DNA of 64,000 nt from Tetramitus jugosus (lineage: Eukaryota > Protista > Heterolobosea). Positions 35,949 to 46,305 of this stretch are shown in pieces (the stretch's first letter is position 1; each line of letters opens with the position of its first letter). The notes under the pieces are model-generated. The model worked only from the letters and a program-made list of their open reading frames with translations, was not told the DNA's origin and searched no databases. Where the stretch lies: the NCBI GenBank assembly GCA_937625935.1, contig OW569349.1, positions 372,001 to 436,000 of the forward strand. Direction: 5' to 3'. The translations under genes were made by a program, and so were the position numbers.

Positions 35949-38471
35949 TAATTTATTGCTTACCAGAAATTGAACAATTCGTGTGATCTCAAAACCAAAT
36001 GATCCTTCAAGAACACTATTGTACAATCTCTCTGTGTTGGTCAACAACTTCATCAATGCTCCATGTATCTGGCGATCTGAGGTTTCATCGTCTGCCTGTT
36101 GTTCTTGCATTTTACTGTATTGTCGCCTCAGGATGAGGAGTAAGACCTTAAATATTGTTTCGAGCAAAGGAATACACTGAGTAAGCGTTGTATAAATTTT
36201 TCGATGATTGGTTCTTGCAGTTCGGTTGTTGATCATTTCGATTAGTGCGGAAAGTTTGTCGGGTAGTGCTGTTCGAATCGGAAGTAAAAATTCTTCAAGT
36301 ATCTTCTTGCATATTGTGACATTACTGATATGTTGTGCTGAGGCATAGAAATGATCTCTGTAATGTTCAGGCAATCGATAATCGTCCCCTATAACTGTCT
36401 CTACTCTTTTTAATTCATCTTCAACACTAGTTAAATATTGCTGGATTTCCAAGCAAGTGAAGTCTGTACACTTGCTCGCTGGTAGTTTCGAATTTAACTG
36501 GAACTGACTCTCAATCAGTTGAGTAATGTCTCGGTTGTTATCAGGAGGAGATCCCTTTTTCAAGGAGTATCCATTTTTGGAAAAGGTACTGGTGTACTCA
36601 TGCAACTCCTTCACAAAAGGTCTATCAACGATCGTTTCTAGGAATATAGACAAAGTCTGGACAGCTTGATTCCACGATGAAATAAATTGGACTCGTATGT
36701 CATAGCATGAGACGTGACCCTTGTTTGTCAACATAGTATCAATAGCAGATCTAATGATAGGGGACTTAATTGCTGTCTCATTCTCCTCATGGGTCAGCCT
36801 CTTTGCTATGCAAACAAATACCATCAGAAAGTGAAGAGCCAAATTAGAGCTAAATTGTTCGACCTCATTATGTGCCACCTTATCTCTCAGCCTAGGTCCT
36901 TGATAATGGATAAATAGATCCAACAATGAATCAGTCAAATTCCATCCCAATACATGCCCAATTCTATTTGATAAATCACCGTGATATCCCTCCTCAACAT
37001 AATCTGAATCGATTAATGGATGCAATAAAATATCAAGAGTCGAAAACAACTCTCTACTCTCTGCTCTTAGCATATTTTCTTTCACAGGATTCAACGCTAC
37101 AAACACAATTCGTAGCAAGTGTTCCATCTGTGGGAACAGTAATGCAAGAGAATTGTGTAAATATCTGTTTCTCAATAACGGATCATTACACTCCAACGCT
37201 TTTTCATATTGATCAAATATCATTTCACAAATCTTTTTCCTTGAAAGAGGTACAAAGAATGATTGCTGAACGATACCTTTGGCATCTTGTACCGCTTGTC
37301 TCATCTCACTTTGGCTAATATCGGTCGATGATAACCATTTGGAGTATAATTCTGTAAAGCATTCATTGTTCTGTACCAACTGTTTCTTCCATATGAATTC
37401 CTTACTGTGTTCCTTTGTCCAGTTGATCACTTGTGAGCACAAACTCAAATATAAGATGACTAAGAACTGAACATAACACAACTGCATATGTCCTGTGGAT
37501 TCAATGAAACCGTGCCATGTAATATTTCGTAAATTGAGACCTGTTGGTCGGCCCATGAAGGCTGAGACTACAAAAATCACCTTCTCGTCCAATACTTCCT
37601 TCAATTCATCGGTCGCCAATATTTCTGTTAATGTTGCCGGTATGTTTACTTGATCTTCATTGTCCCCATGCACCACAACTCTCACAGTCTTAAAAGCTGA
37701 TGCAATCAATCGCTCAACAAATGTACTAAACACAGAAAACTGCATCAAGAGTTGTGTTCCCTCTGCGGGTGTGATCTCTCTTCTGATATTACTGCTGCTA
37801 CCATTATCCGTGAGACTGGAATGATCACCTATATCAAACAAGTATTGCAGAGAACTCTTTTCAACATTTAATTCCTTCAACAACGGCTCGTGCATATCAA
37901 TCAGGGAATGAATGGACACTCGTCGATGATTCAGAACATGAGAAGCACTTTGACTCCATTGTCTCAAATGAAATGCTGCTTGTCTGAATATCATGACATC
38001 AGAGTCGTCATCTTCTTCATCATTACTATTCAAACGCAAATTACCATGTTGTGCTCTCTGTTCAAAGTACTGTATAGAAGGCACCTTTTGCCATTCAATC
38101 AATAGTGACTCCTGACTCAAAACACACTTGAATGGAGTTGTATGATGATCGCTACTACCGTCATCTTCATCATTCTCATACTCTTCTTCTTGCTTATTCG
38201 TATCATGATCAGTAGCAGCAACCACAACAAGTGCTGACACGTAATCGGACAGACACGAATATTGATCAATCGTCGCATCTCTCCACAAGAATTCTTCTTC
38301 TTCTGCTTTGTCTCCTCCTGTGTGATCCATTCCCATCATATGATGACTCGTCGTCGTCATCACAACAGATGAGGAACGATGATTATTTTGATTGTTGCTC
38401 TTCCATTTTTGATAATGGTGAAGAAAATTGCGAGTGTACAAGTGTTTTCGAATGACAGAGGAGCAGCTCAT
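35937..38471 (-). CDS. ERMARD: ERMARD/DUF4209 family protein
   Basis: PTGLNLRNITWHGF, AESRELFSTLDILL, GPRLRDKVAH match the ERMARD family. The start could be a later Met. Confidence 0.82.
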   Translation of the reverse strand: MSCSSVIRKHLYTRNFLHHYQKWKSNNQNNHRSSSVVMTTTSHHMMGMDHTGGDKAEEEEFLWRDATIDQYSCLSDYVSALVVVAATDHDTNKQEEEYENDEDDGSSDHHTTPFKCVLSQESLLIEWQKVPSIQYFEQRAQHGNLRLNSNDEEDDDSDVMIFRQAAFHLRQWSQSASHVLNHRRVSIHSLIDMHEPLLKELNVEKSSLQYLFDIGDHSSLTDNGSSSNIRREITPAEGTQLLMQFSVFSTFVERLIASAFKTVRVVVHGDNEDQVNIPATLTEILATDELKEVLDEKVIFVVSAFMGRPTGLNLRNITWHGFIESTGHMQLCYVQFLVILYLSLCSQVINWTKEHSKEFIWKKQLVQNNECFTELYSKWLSSTDISQSEMRQAVQDAKGIVQQSFFVPLSRKKICEMIFDQYEKALECNDPLLRNRYLHNSLALLFPQMEHLLRIVFVALNPVKENMLRAESRELFSTLDILLHPLIDSDYVEEGYHGDLSNRIGHVLGWNLTDSLLDLFIHYQGPRLRDKVAHNEVEQFSSNLALHFLMVFVCIAKRLTHEENETAIKSPIIRSAIDTMLTNKGHVSCYDIRVQFISSWNQAVQTLSIFLETIVDRPFVKELHEYTSTFSKNGYSLKKGSPPDNNRDITQLIESQFQLNSKLPASKCTDFTCLEIQQYLTSVEDELKRVETVIGDDYRLPEHYRDHFYASAQHISNVTICKKILEEFLLPIRTALPDKLSALIEMINNRTARTNHRKIYTTLTQCIPLLETIFKVLLLILRRQYSKMQEQQADDETSDRQIHGALMKLLTNTERLYNSVLEGSFGFEITRIVQFLVSNKLLFT

Positions 38472-38604
38472 TGATGGATGAAAAATGAAGAAGGTTGTTA
38501 CAATGTGATTGATTTTTTTTTTATATATTTGTTCTCGAATGATTGTTCAAACAAAGACTGCCCATAATTGATGTTCTGTGCAAATTGGAATTGTCAATAG
38601 CACC

Positions 38605-40914
38605 TTAGAGGAGATGGTAATAAGTAAGGTGCAGAACAACACCCAGTAGAGCAACAATCATTGCCAAATGTAAAGTCTTACCACTGTTGGAGTGCTCTGA
38701 TGATGTCCTTGGGGTTGTACTTCCTTCATGAGAATGAGAACGAGAAACAGCAGTCGATGGAGTGGTTGAAGGTGTGGAGGTTGACCAAGAGGGTAGTGGA
38801 TCCGTGGAGGAACTAATGTTCCTTGGAGGTATATCAGGTGAAGAGGAAACTCTCTCGACCACTTCGCCATTGACACAGCTGCTGACATCCGTGTAATAGC
38901 ACTTCTGAGAGGTACCACATGTTTTTTGCCCGGATCTACATACCTTTCCACTGATACAAGACAATTCGTTTGGATTGTAGCACATGCCATTGCAGCAGTT
39001 ATTGGGACAGAGATCACAAATCGAATTTGTCTGACATGTCTGTCCGACTGGACATAACACGTGATTAGGACAGTAATAGAGGGCAGGATCATAACATGCT
39101 CCATTACAACATTGGGAACCATCACACAAGTAAGAATCAAGACAACATGAATCAAATAGAAGGTTCTTGCTCGCTTGTTCTGTTGTCATAATGCCATAAA
39201 CATGCACCTTTGATTGGGTTTCTGGAGGAAGAGCTAGAGATGGAACATACACCTTACCATTGGCAACCATTGGAGTGTTAAACTTAGCGAGTTCCCCAAG
39301 ACCATCTCTGCAAGGAACCATGTTGGAATTCCATAATTCTGCCAAATTTTCTGCATTGAAAGCTCGGAGCACTCCAGGTCTCAGTTGTCTATTGGAAGAC
39401 CCTGCTGTGGAATGAGTAGCCCAAATGATACCACTTCCAGCAGTGAATCCATTGGCACTAAGTGATATAATACCTCCGGGGAAGGCAACTGCAGGGGTAA
39501 TCTCTCTAGATTTGATTGGATCCTCGATATCTAAAGTACCAAGCTTACCATTCGCTTTTAGCACAAACCCTTTCAAAACGTCGTCAATAGGCCATACATA
39601 AACGATGGTTCCTCTACTAGTTTGCCAATAAGTGGCACCTCCATGAGTGCCCGTGTTCAACTTGGGATAATCTGTACCTGAGTTAGGATTGGGCTTGAAT
39701 GTTTGAATACATGTGTTCGAAGTGTCTGAATGATGACCCATATCATTCTTATCAACAAGATAGCAGTATCCTTGCTTGGAGCAAGAGAAAATAAGATTCG
39801 TGTTAGGAATGAGCAATGGTCCAGCAGTTCCCATATCCAGATCAAGATCCCACAACTCCCTCCAATTGTAAGGAGTGAAATAATCGATCAAACCATTCTG
39901 TACATCGAAAGTTCCATCAAATCTTCCTCCTACTACTGTCTTCGTGAGATCAATTTTCAGATTCGAGTTGCCCCAATCTGTTCCTGCACTGAAGTATCCA
40001 TTTGCTGTCACCATATAGGCATAGGTTCCATCGTACACAAGACCCTGTCCCGATTGCCAAATACTACCTTCTTTACCGTTTGGCGTAGTACACCAAACAA
40101 ACTTTCTTTGCAGAGTTGTCTTGTCATAACCAAACAACCATCCATGATAGATTGGTTTAGTACAGTACGATCCAAAAGCAAAGTACACATTACCATTAAT
40201 AAGAGTGAGAGCCAATCTTTGGTTTTGAGTAAGACTCGTGAACGGAACAACTCCATTGACAGATCCATCACCAGTTCCCGGGAACTCTCCTTCTATGACA
40301 ACGGGAGAGTTCGCTCTGTCATTACCTGTCAAGATATCAATAGCTCGCAGTCTATGTCTTACAATGTATGGATCATTGGATTCCTTGTTTACATGAACTA
40401 GGTATAAGGTATTGGTCTCTCTGTCAATCGCTGGGGTAGAGACAATACCAACTTCGACAAAGATATCAGTGTACACTGCACAGTGAGCACTTGGAGCACC
40501 AATTATTCCATCACTGATTGGTAGAGTAGGTCCAAAGTTTCGTTGCCAGAGAGGTTGGTCTGCGTTGGGATCATCCGCATCGAAAGCATACAGGTTGTTA
40601 CCCATGGTGGCCACAAATATTACATTGTGAGTTTTGCCATCCTGAGGCATCAATAGATTAGGAATGTATAAAACCTGAGAATACACGTGTCCTGTAACAG
40701 ATCTGGTAAATAAACTGCCAAACTTGTCATGATTGACATTACTCGTGTTTAGAATTGTCTCTTCCAAGTTGGCATTCGTTCTACTCATGTCGTACGAGCG
40801 AGTCCAGGTAGCATGTTGCTGCTCAGAATCTGCCGCGAAGAGTAACAGAAGTAGAATTGCCAGATAAGTTGACAAAAATAAACTTTTGATAAAGAATTTG
40901 TTATTTTCCTTCAT
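38605..40914 (-). CDS. Secreted, likely GPI-anchored PQQ-like beta-propeller protein with Cys-rich CBM52-like repeats
   Basis: Signal peptide; SRTNANLEETILNTSNVN..FGSLF, GIVSTPAID, NQRLALTL, GSIWQSG, AKFNTPMVANGKVYVP; CYDP..YYC repeats; S/T/P stalk; hydrophobic C-terminus. Intronless. Confidence 0.8.
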   Translation of the reverse strand: MKENNKFFIKSLFLSTYLAILLLLLFAADSEQQHATWTRSYDMSRTNANLEETILNTSNVNHDKFGSLFTRSVTGHVYSQVLYIPNLLMPQDGKTHNVIFVATMGNNLYAFDADDPNADQPLWQRNFGPTLPISDGIIGAPSAHCAVYTDIFVEVGIVSTPAIDRETNTLYLVHVNKESNDPYIVRHRLRAIDILTGNDRANSPVVIEGEFPGTGDGSVNGVVPFTSLTQNQRLALTLINGNVYFAFGSYCTKPIYHGWLFGYDKTTLQRKFVWCTTPNGKEGSIWQSGQGLVYDGTYAYMVTANGYFSAGTDWGNSNLKIDLTKTVVGGRFDGTFDVQNGLIDYFTPYNWRELWDLDLDMGTAGPLLIPNTNLIFSCSKQGYCYLVDKNDMGHHSDTSNTCIQTFKPNPNSGTDYPKLNTGTHGGATYWQTSRGTIVYVWPIDDVLKGFVLKANGKLGTLDIEDPIKSREITPAVAFPGGIISLSANGFTAGSGIIWATHSTAGSSNRQLRPGVLRAFNAENLAELWNSNMVPCRDGLGELAKFNTPMVANGKVYVPSLALPPETQSKVHVYGIMTTEQASKNLLFDSCCLDSYLCDGSQCCNGACYDPALYYCPNHVLCPVGQTCQTNSICDLCPNNCCNGMCYNPNELSCISGKVCRSGQKTCGTSQKCYYTDVSSCVNGEVVERVSSSPDIPPRNISSSTDPLPSWSTSTPSTTPSTAVSRSHSHEGSTTPRTSSEHSNSGKTLHLAMIVALLGVVLHLTYYHLL

Positions 40915-41238
40915 TATCGCCTATTATCCATAATATTGAGAATGTGCAATTGGTGTGATTAGTTGTTGTGAGTTCAAAAGATCAAAACACCCTTGGTTCA
41001 TTATCTACTCGGATAACTTTGCAACAAAGCGACTTAGCAAAAATAATTGTGATGCCCAGATCACAAAAAAAGGACAATCGATGTCAGAAGTTTAGTGGCT
41101 GGAGGTGTCCAAATCGCTTCGCGAATCCTGAAAAATAGACTGAACTCCTCCGACAAACAAGAGAACTGCTTACTTTTATTTCTCTTCCTCAATGTCAGAG
41201 TTGGAACGTTTCAAAAGTGTTCTGCTTAAGGATCTCCT

Positions 41239-41529
41239 CTAGTTATTCGCCATGAATTCCTGTAGATCATTTCTGGTGAAGAATTGAATGTAACACTGTT
41301 CAATGTGATCTTCTTCTGGTTTTTTGTCGAGAACATTTTGTAAGGCCTTCGAAATCAACTTGAAAATCTCTGGGTGAGATCTAAGGTAAAGTTCATTGCA
41401 AAACTGTATTCTTCGTTTTTCTTTCTGTATCTTCTCTTCTTCTTCAATCGTTAACACATCAGATAGTTCGCATCTGGTTCTTGGAGCTCTCTTATGTGAT
41501 TCAATGACTAAAATATCATCCGAATCCAT
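41239..41529 (-). CDS. RIIAD1: RIIa-domain-containing protein 1-like (ciliary)
   Basis: LTIEEEEKIQKEKRRIQFCNELYLRSHPEI...KKPE...FFT follows the RIIAD1 pattern. The frame is open upstream to 41724, so the true start may be further 5'. Confidence 0.7.
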   Translation of the reverse strand: MDSDDILVIESHKRAPRTRCELSDVLTIEEEEKIQKEKRRIQFCNELYLRSHPEIFKLISKALQNVLDKKPEEDHIEQCYIQFFTRNDLQEFMANN

Positions 41530-42003
41530 CTCAATATTGGATCGAGGCTCGAGTCTATCGTTTGTAGAAGCAGGTTGAAGTAACGGTTGGTTGGCAAGAT
41601 CTTGTTGATGTCCTGAGACATGGTCGTAGTCAATTCTGTTCCCAGAAATAAACCGTCCTCGATTACTCCGACAGTACGGATTCGATCCATCAATGTCACC
41701 CGTCCAGTTTTTTGGCTGAATCACTCCTTTTCAGAGAGGAGGAATGGCATTGTTGTGTTTGTTGATTACACACAACACTTATGACAACACACCTGCCGGT
41801 AAATTCGAATCTCTCCATTTCCACTGCTGTGCTCCACAAACCATACGACTGCGAAGAAGCTACAACAAACAAAAACAAACACAACAACCTGAACCATATC
41901 ACCAACAAAAGCAAAAACACACAACATCTAACAGTGTCGGGTGTGAACAAACAACAAAAAACAACAAATAACAATAACAAATAACAATAGTTCATCATCA
42001 CAA

Positions 42004-45000
42004 ATGTCAGGAGGAGTGGAGAATATGATCATGTTGGACAACGTTCAAGAGAACGCTGTCCGAGACAACCTAAAGAAACGATATGCCAAGGATGAGATTT
42101 ACACCTATATCGGTGATGTACTCATCAGTGTCAACCCGTTCAAGAATATTTCAAACATGTATTCTGATGTAAGTGCTGTTGTTTCCGCTTTTTGTCATCA
42201 TCATTATCATCATTGTCATTGTCATCTCACACCACCACCACCACTATGTCAAATAGTTCAAGCTCCGAGACTACAGAGCCAAGTATCCCTATGAACTGCC
42301 ACCGCATGTTTTTGCCATTGCAGAGAGTGCGTACCGTGGTATCATTACGGATCGAAAATCACAGGCCATCATCATTACTGGTGAGTCCGGTGCAGGTAAA
42401 ACAGAAGCCTCCAAGCACATCATGAGCTACTTGGCATCCATCAGTACAAGTGCCATGGCATCCAACAATACCAATGTCCGTTCCAAGAGCTTTGTTCAAA
42501 AAAAGGGTGCCTACGCATCTGCATCACTGCACCTTACGCAGCAACAACAGGATCAGGTACGAAATCAGATTCTCAAATCCAATCCGTTGCTCGAATCGTT
42601 TGGCAATGCCAAGACTGTACGAAACAACAATAGCTCCCGTTTCGGCAAGTACATGGAAATTTTCTTCTCGTTGCAAGGAACGATCATTGGCGGTCAAGTC
42701 ACACAGTTTCTGCTGGAAAAGTCCAGAGTCATCTCACAGACGATTGGCGAGCGAAATTTTCACATTTTTTATCAATTGTTCACGGACAAGGCATTGAAAA
42801 AGTCGTTGGAGTTGGATTCGCCACAGCAGTTTCGTTATTTGAACCAGTCCAATTGTACAGAAGTAAAGGACATTGATGATGCAAAGGACTTTTCAGAGAC
42901 AAAGGACGCATTTAACAGCATGGGTGTCAAGAAGGCGACCCAGGACAGAATTTATGAGCTGTTGGCCGCTGTTCTACACATGGGTAACATTGAGTTTGCC
43001 GAGTCTCCAAACTCTGGTTGTAAAGTAATCAATATGAACACGTTGGCTCTTGTGGCCAGATTGTTAAGCATTGAACCACTGGCACTGGAGAGTGGTCTCA
43101 CAACAAAGACTGTCGAAGCTGGAGGCAGAAAATCAATGTACTTGTCTCCGTTGAGAGCCGATGAGGCAGCGTACGTGAGAGATGCACTCGCAAAGGCACT
43201 CTATGGCAAGGTGTTTGATTTGATTGTAAAATTAGTGAATCGCTCGATTGAGAGAGCGGATAAGAGAATGTCAGAGAACAGACACACGAGTACTCCACTG
43301 TCGATTGGTATCTTGGACATTTATGGATTTGAGATTTTTGAGAGGAATTCATTTGAACAGTTGTGCATCAATTATGTGAATGAACGCTTGCAAAAGACAT
43401 TTATTGAGTTGACACTTGAATTGGAACAGAAAGAGTATGCCAGTGAAGGTATCAAATGGGAGAAGATTCCATACATTGACAATTCTCCTTGCTTGACAGC
43501 GATTGATGGCAAGATGGGTGTGTTTTCATTGCTGAATGAAGCTTGTCTCATGAAGAAGACCAATGTCCAATTCTTGGAATCATTGAAGCAGAACTTGAAG
43601 AATAACACTGCCATGGTGTGGAATGAGATTGATTTCAGTGACGGACTCTTTATTATGAAGCACTATGCTGGTGATGTGGCCTATTCCGCTGAAGAGTTTG
43701 TACAAAAGAACACGGATTCCATGTTGCAGAGTCTTGTGACAATGTTGTCCGTTAGTAACTGCTCTGTGATCACTGATATGTTTGCAAGTTTGCCAACTGA
43801 GGGAGACATGGGATCGTCTGCTGCTGCGACTACACCTCGCATGAGAGCTGCCAAGGATGTGAGTAAGAGACCACCCATGATTGCCACTCAGTTCAAGAAG
43901 CAAGTGGACGAACTGATTGAAAAGCTCTATCAATGTAATACTCATTATGTTCGTTGTATGAAACCCAATCAAGCCAAAGCCAGTAATCAATTCCTCGATG
44001 ATCAAATGTTGCATCAGATTCGCTACTTGGGTTTGTTGGAGAACATTCGTGTACGAAGAGCTGGTTTCGTCTATCGTCACACTTATTCTACCTTTGCTCA
44101 TCATTATGGACTCATTCTACACAAGGACCCGTCGTTCAAGGAATTGAAGGAAAGTGATCCAAAGGAGGCTTCAGTCAGAATTGTTAAGCATTTGTTGAGT
44201 AACACAGCGCAAGCAGACTCTGATAAACAAATGTATGCCTTGGGTAAGACAAAGGTGTTTATTCGAACACCTGAGCTCGTGTTTGCATTGGAAGAGATGA
44301 GAGAACAAGTCCTGCCTGATTTTGCAATTAGAATTCAGAAGCAGTACAGACGATACAAGGCCATCAAATTCTACATTGAACTCAAGAATGAAATGAGAGA
44401 GAAGATGGCGCAATGGAAGAAGAAGAGAAGAAGAGTCAGTATTAACAGAACACTTGTTGGAGATAATTTGAATCTTCAAGAATTAACAGGAGTGAATAAG
44501 ATTCTAACAAAGAACAAGGATCACGCCAGTGTCATGTTCTCTGGTATTGTTCAGAAGACCAATCGCCGAAACAAGATTCAAGAGAGAGTTCTCATGATTA
44601 CCAGAAATAATTTCTACACTTTGGCCAGAAAAGTGAAGAAGACTGGACCTGTGTACACCATGAAGAGACGAGTTCCACTTTCTGACATCACTAATGTCAC
44701 ATTGTCACCCTTGACAGACAATTTTATCATCATTGGTTGCAGCAACAAGCATGATTATGTACTAGAGAGTGATGATAAGACTGAGATTGTTGGTGTGTTG
44801 ATCCGTGCACTCAAGGACAATGAAAACAGAGACCTACCAGTTCAAATTTCTGATCGATTCCAGTACAAGGTTTCAAAATCTGAATCAAGGACTCTAACCT
44901 TTGTTCAGTCAACCACAGACGCACCAACTCCTGTTCAATTTGCAAAGGGCCAGGCGACTGTGTTTGTGAGAAACGAACCTGAAGCAAGATTTACGGCCCA

Positions 45001-45016
45001 TGGTGGTTGGAAATAA
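42004..45016 (+). CDS. Class I myosin (short tail: motor, IQ, TH1)
   Basis: IYTYIGDVLISVNPF, GESGAGKT, NNNSSRFGK, ILDIYGFE, YLGLLENIRVRRAG, TH1 KTNRRNKIQERVLMIT. Intron 42169-42256. Confidence 0.95.
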
Positions 45017-45066
45017 ACTCCATTTATAAGTTACAAGTTTGAAAGAGTTATGTGTGGTGGTAGCAT

Positions 45067-46107
45067 TTAATTGCCACTGCTTAGTTTTTTCAACAGTTGT
45101 TGCAAGTCAGATTGACCTCCACCACTGACTTCAGAATTGCCAGTCATTGGATTCAGAGGCACGTGAGAATCGAATGGATGGAATGCTGATGCAACACCAC
45201 TACTCGATCCAAAATCGATCTCCATTGGATCGTAATCATTGACCATCGTACTCGTTGGTGCTGCTAACCGTTGTTGCCTCTGCTTGTGGTGTGCCAAAAT
45301 TTGTTCATTCAATTCTTGTCCATTCTTTGCCAAGTCATGAATCAGAGCATCCCACGATTCCACATTGTCCTCCTTCAACATTTCTTCACTAGTGAATTGA
45401 AACTTTGAAATGTTTCGCTGTGCAAACTTGACCTCTCTCAACAATGTCCGCCTCTCATTCTCCAATGAATCATTCTTCAATTTTTCACTTTGAATCTGTC
45501 GTCTCAACTTCACAATCATCTCATCCAACTCTTGTTCATTCACCAGTGAATGACTATTGTTAATGTGATTACTCTCTTGTTCATTGTCATTCATTGTAGT
45601 ACCAGTCGTAGTAGTACCAGTAGTAGTAGTAGTATCTGTTGTCATGTGCGTCGTCTGTGGTTGTTGTTGTTGTTGATTGGATAATGATGATGCAAGCACA
45701 GATTGTTGATAAATGGACCGCACAATTGCAGGATCCAAATATTCCTTCTTCTCCAGTGAAAACACTGATTTGGCAGCGTAGACTTCTGCTTGATCCACAT
45801 AGAGACTGGTTGCTCTTTCCATGTCTCTAATCATTTGATTCAACGATTTGGAGAGTATTGATTTCTGATATTGTGCCTCATTGATTGACACTTTTTCTCT
45901 CGTGACATAATCATCGTGCAACACATTCAACCGCTGTTCCAATTCATCCAGAGAATCTGCACTCAACAGAGTAATGGCATTGAAAATGTCACCAAATAGA
46001 CCAATCATGTCAATGTCAAATTGACTCTTGAGTGCTTCATTTTGTTGTTGATCTTGTGATGATATCGTTGTGGTACTACTAGTAGGGGGGATTGTATTGT
46101 CGTTCAT
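45067..46107 (-). CDS. Mis12/Mtw1-like kinetochore protein
   Basis: GLFGDIFNAI...DSLDELEQRL and YVDQAEVYAAKSVFSL echo the two conserved Mis12 blocks (DDIINAV; FDKFELY..RNIF), followed by coiled coil EQELDEMIVKLRRQI. Confidence 0.6.
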   Translation of the reverse strand: MNDNTIPPTSSTTTISSQDQQQNEALKSQFDIDMIGLFGDIFNAITLLSADSLDELEQRLNVLHDDYVTREKVSINEAQYQKSILSKSLNQMIRDMERATSLYVDQAEVYAAKSVFSLEKKEYLDPAIVRSIYQQSVLASSLSNQQQQQPQTTHMTTDTTTTTGTTTTGTTMNDNEQESNHINNSHSLVNEQELDEMIVKLRRQIQSEKLKNDSLENERRTLLREVKFAQRNISKFQFTSEEMLKEDNVESWDALIHDLAKNGQELNEQILAHHKQRQQRLAAPTSTMVNDYDPMEIDFGSSSGVASAFHPFDSHVPLNPMTGNSEVSGGGQSDLQQLLKKLSSGN

Positions 46108-46156
46108 GCCTTCTTGGTCCGGTTGGTTTGGTTTGGTGTTTTTCACAAGAGTGATA

Positions 46157-46170
46157 AAATGGCGCCAAAA
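46157..46170. promoter_or_regulatory. E2F-like (TTTGGCGC on minus) and overlapping YY1-like (AAAATGGCG) element in a bidirectional promoter
   Basis: AAAATGGCGCCAAAA lies between the divergent ATGs at 46107 and 46306. Confidence 0.45.
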
Positions 46171-46305
46171 TGAAAAATCGACCGTTAGTTTCAGATTGAC
46201 TGTCTGTTGCTGAGAGAGTGGTGCTCACACAAAACCAAACAACACGGAATTATTCAATCTCAGTGTCCCTCTCCTGTTCTGTTTCACACACAAAAGCAAC
46301 ACAAT

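Noticed and set aside
39730-40401. 223-aa antisense ORF and similar shadow ORFs (43580-44104, 57198-57758, 59822-60337, many in 24500-27200)
   Set aside because: They lie opposite well-supported genes, have no motifs, and are explained by codon bias and triplet repeats.
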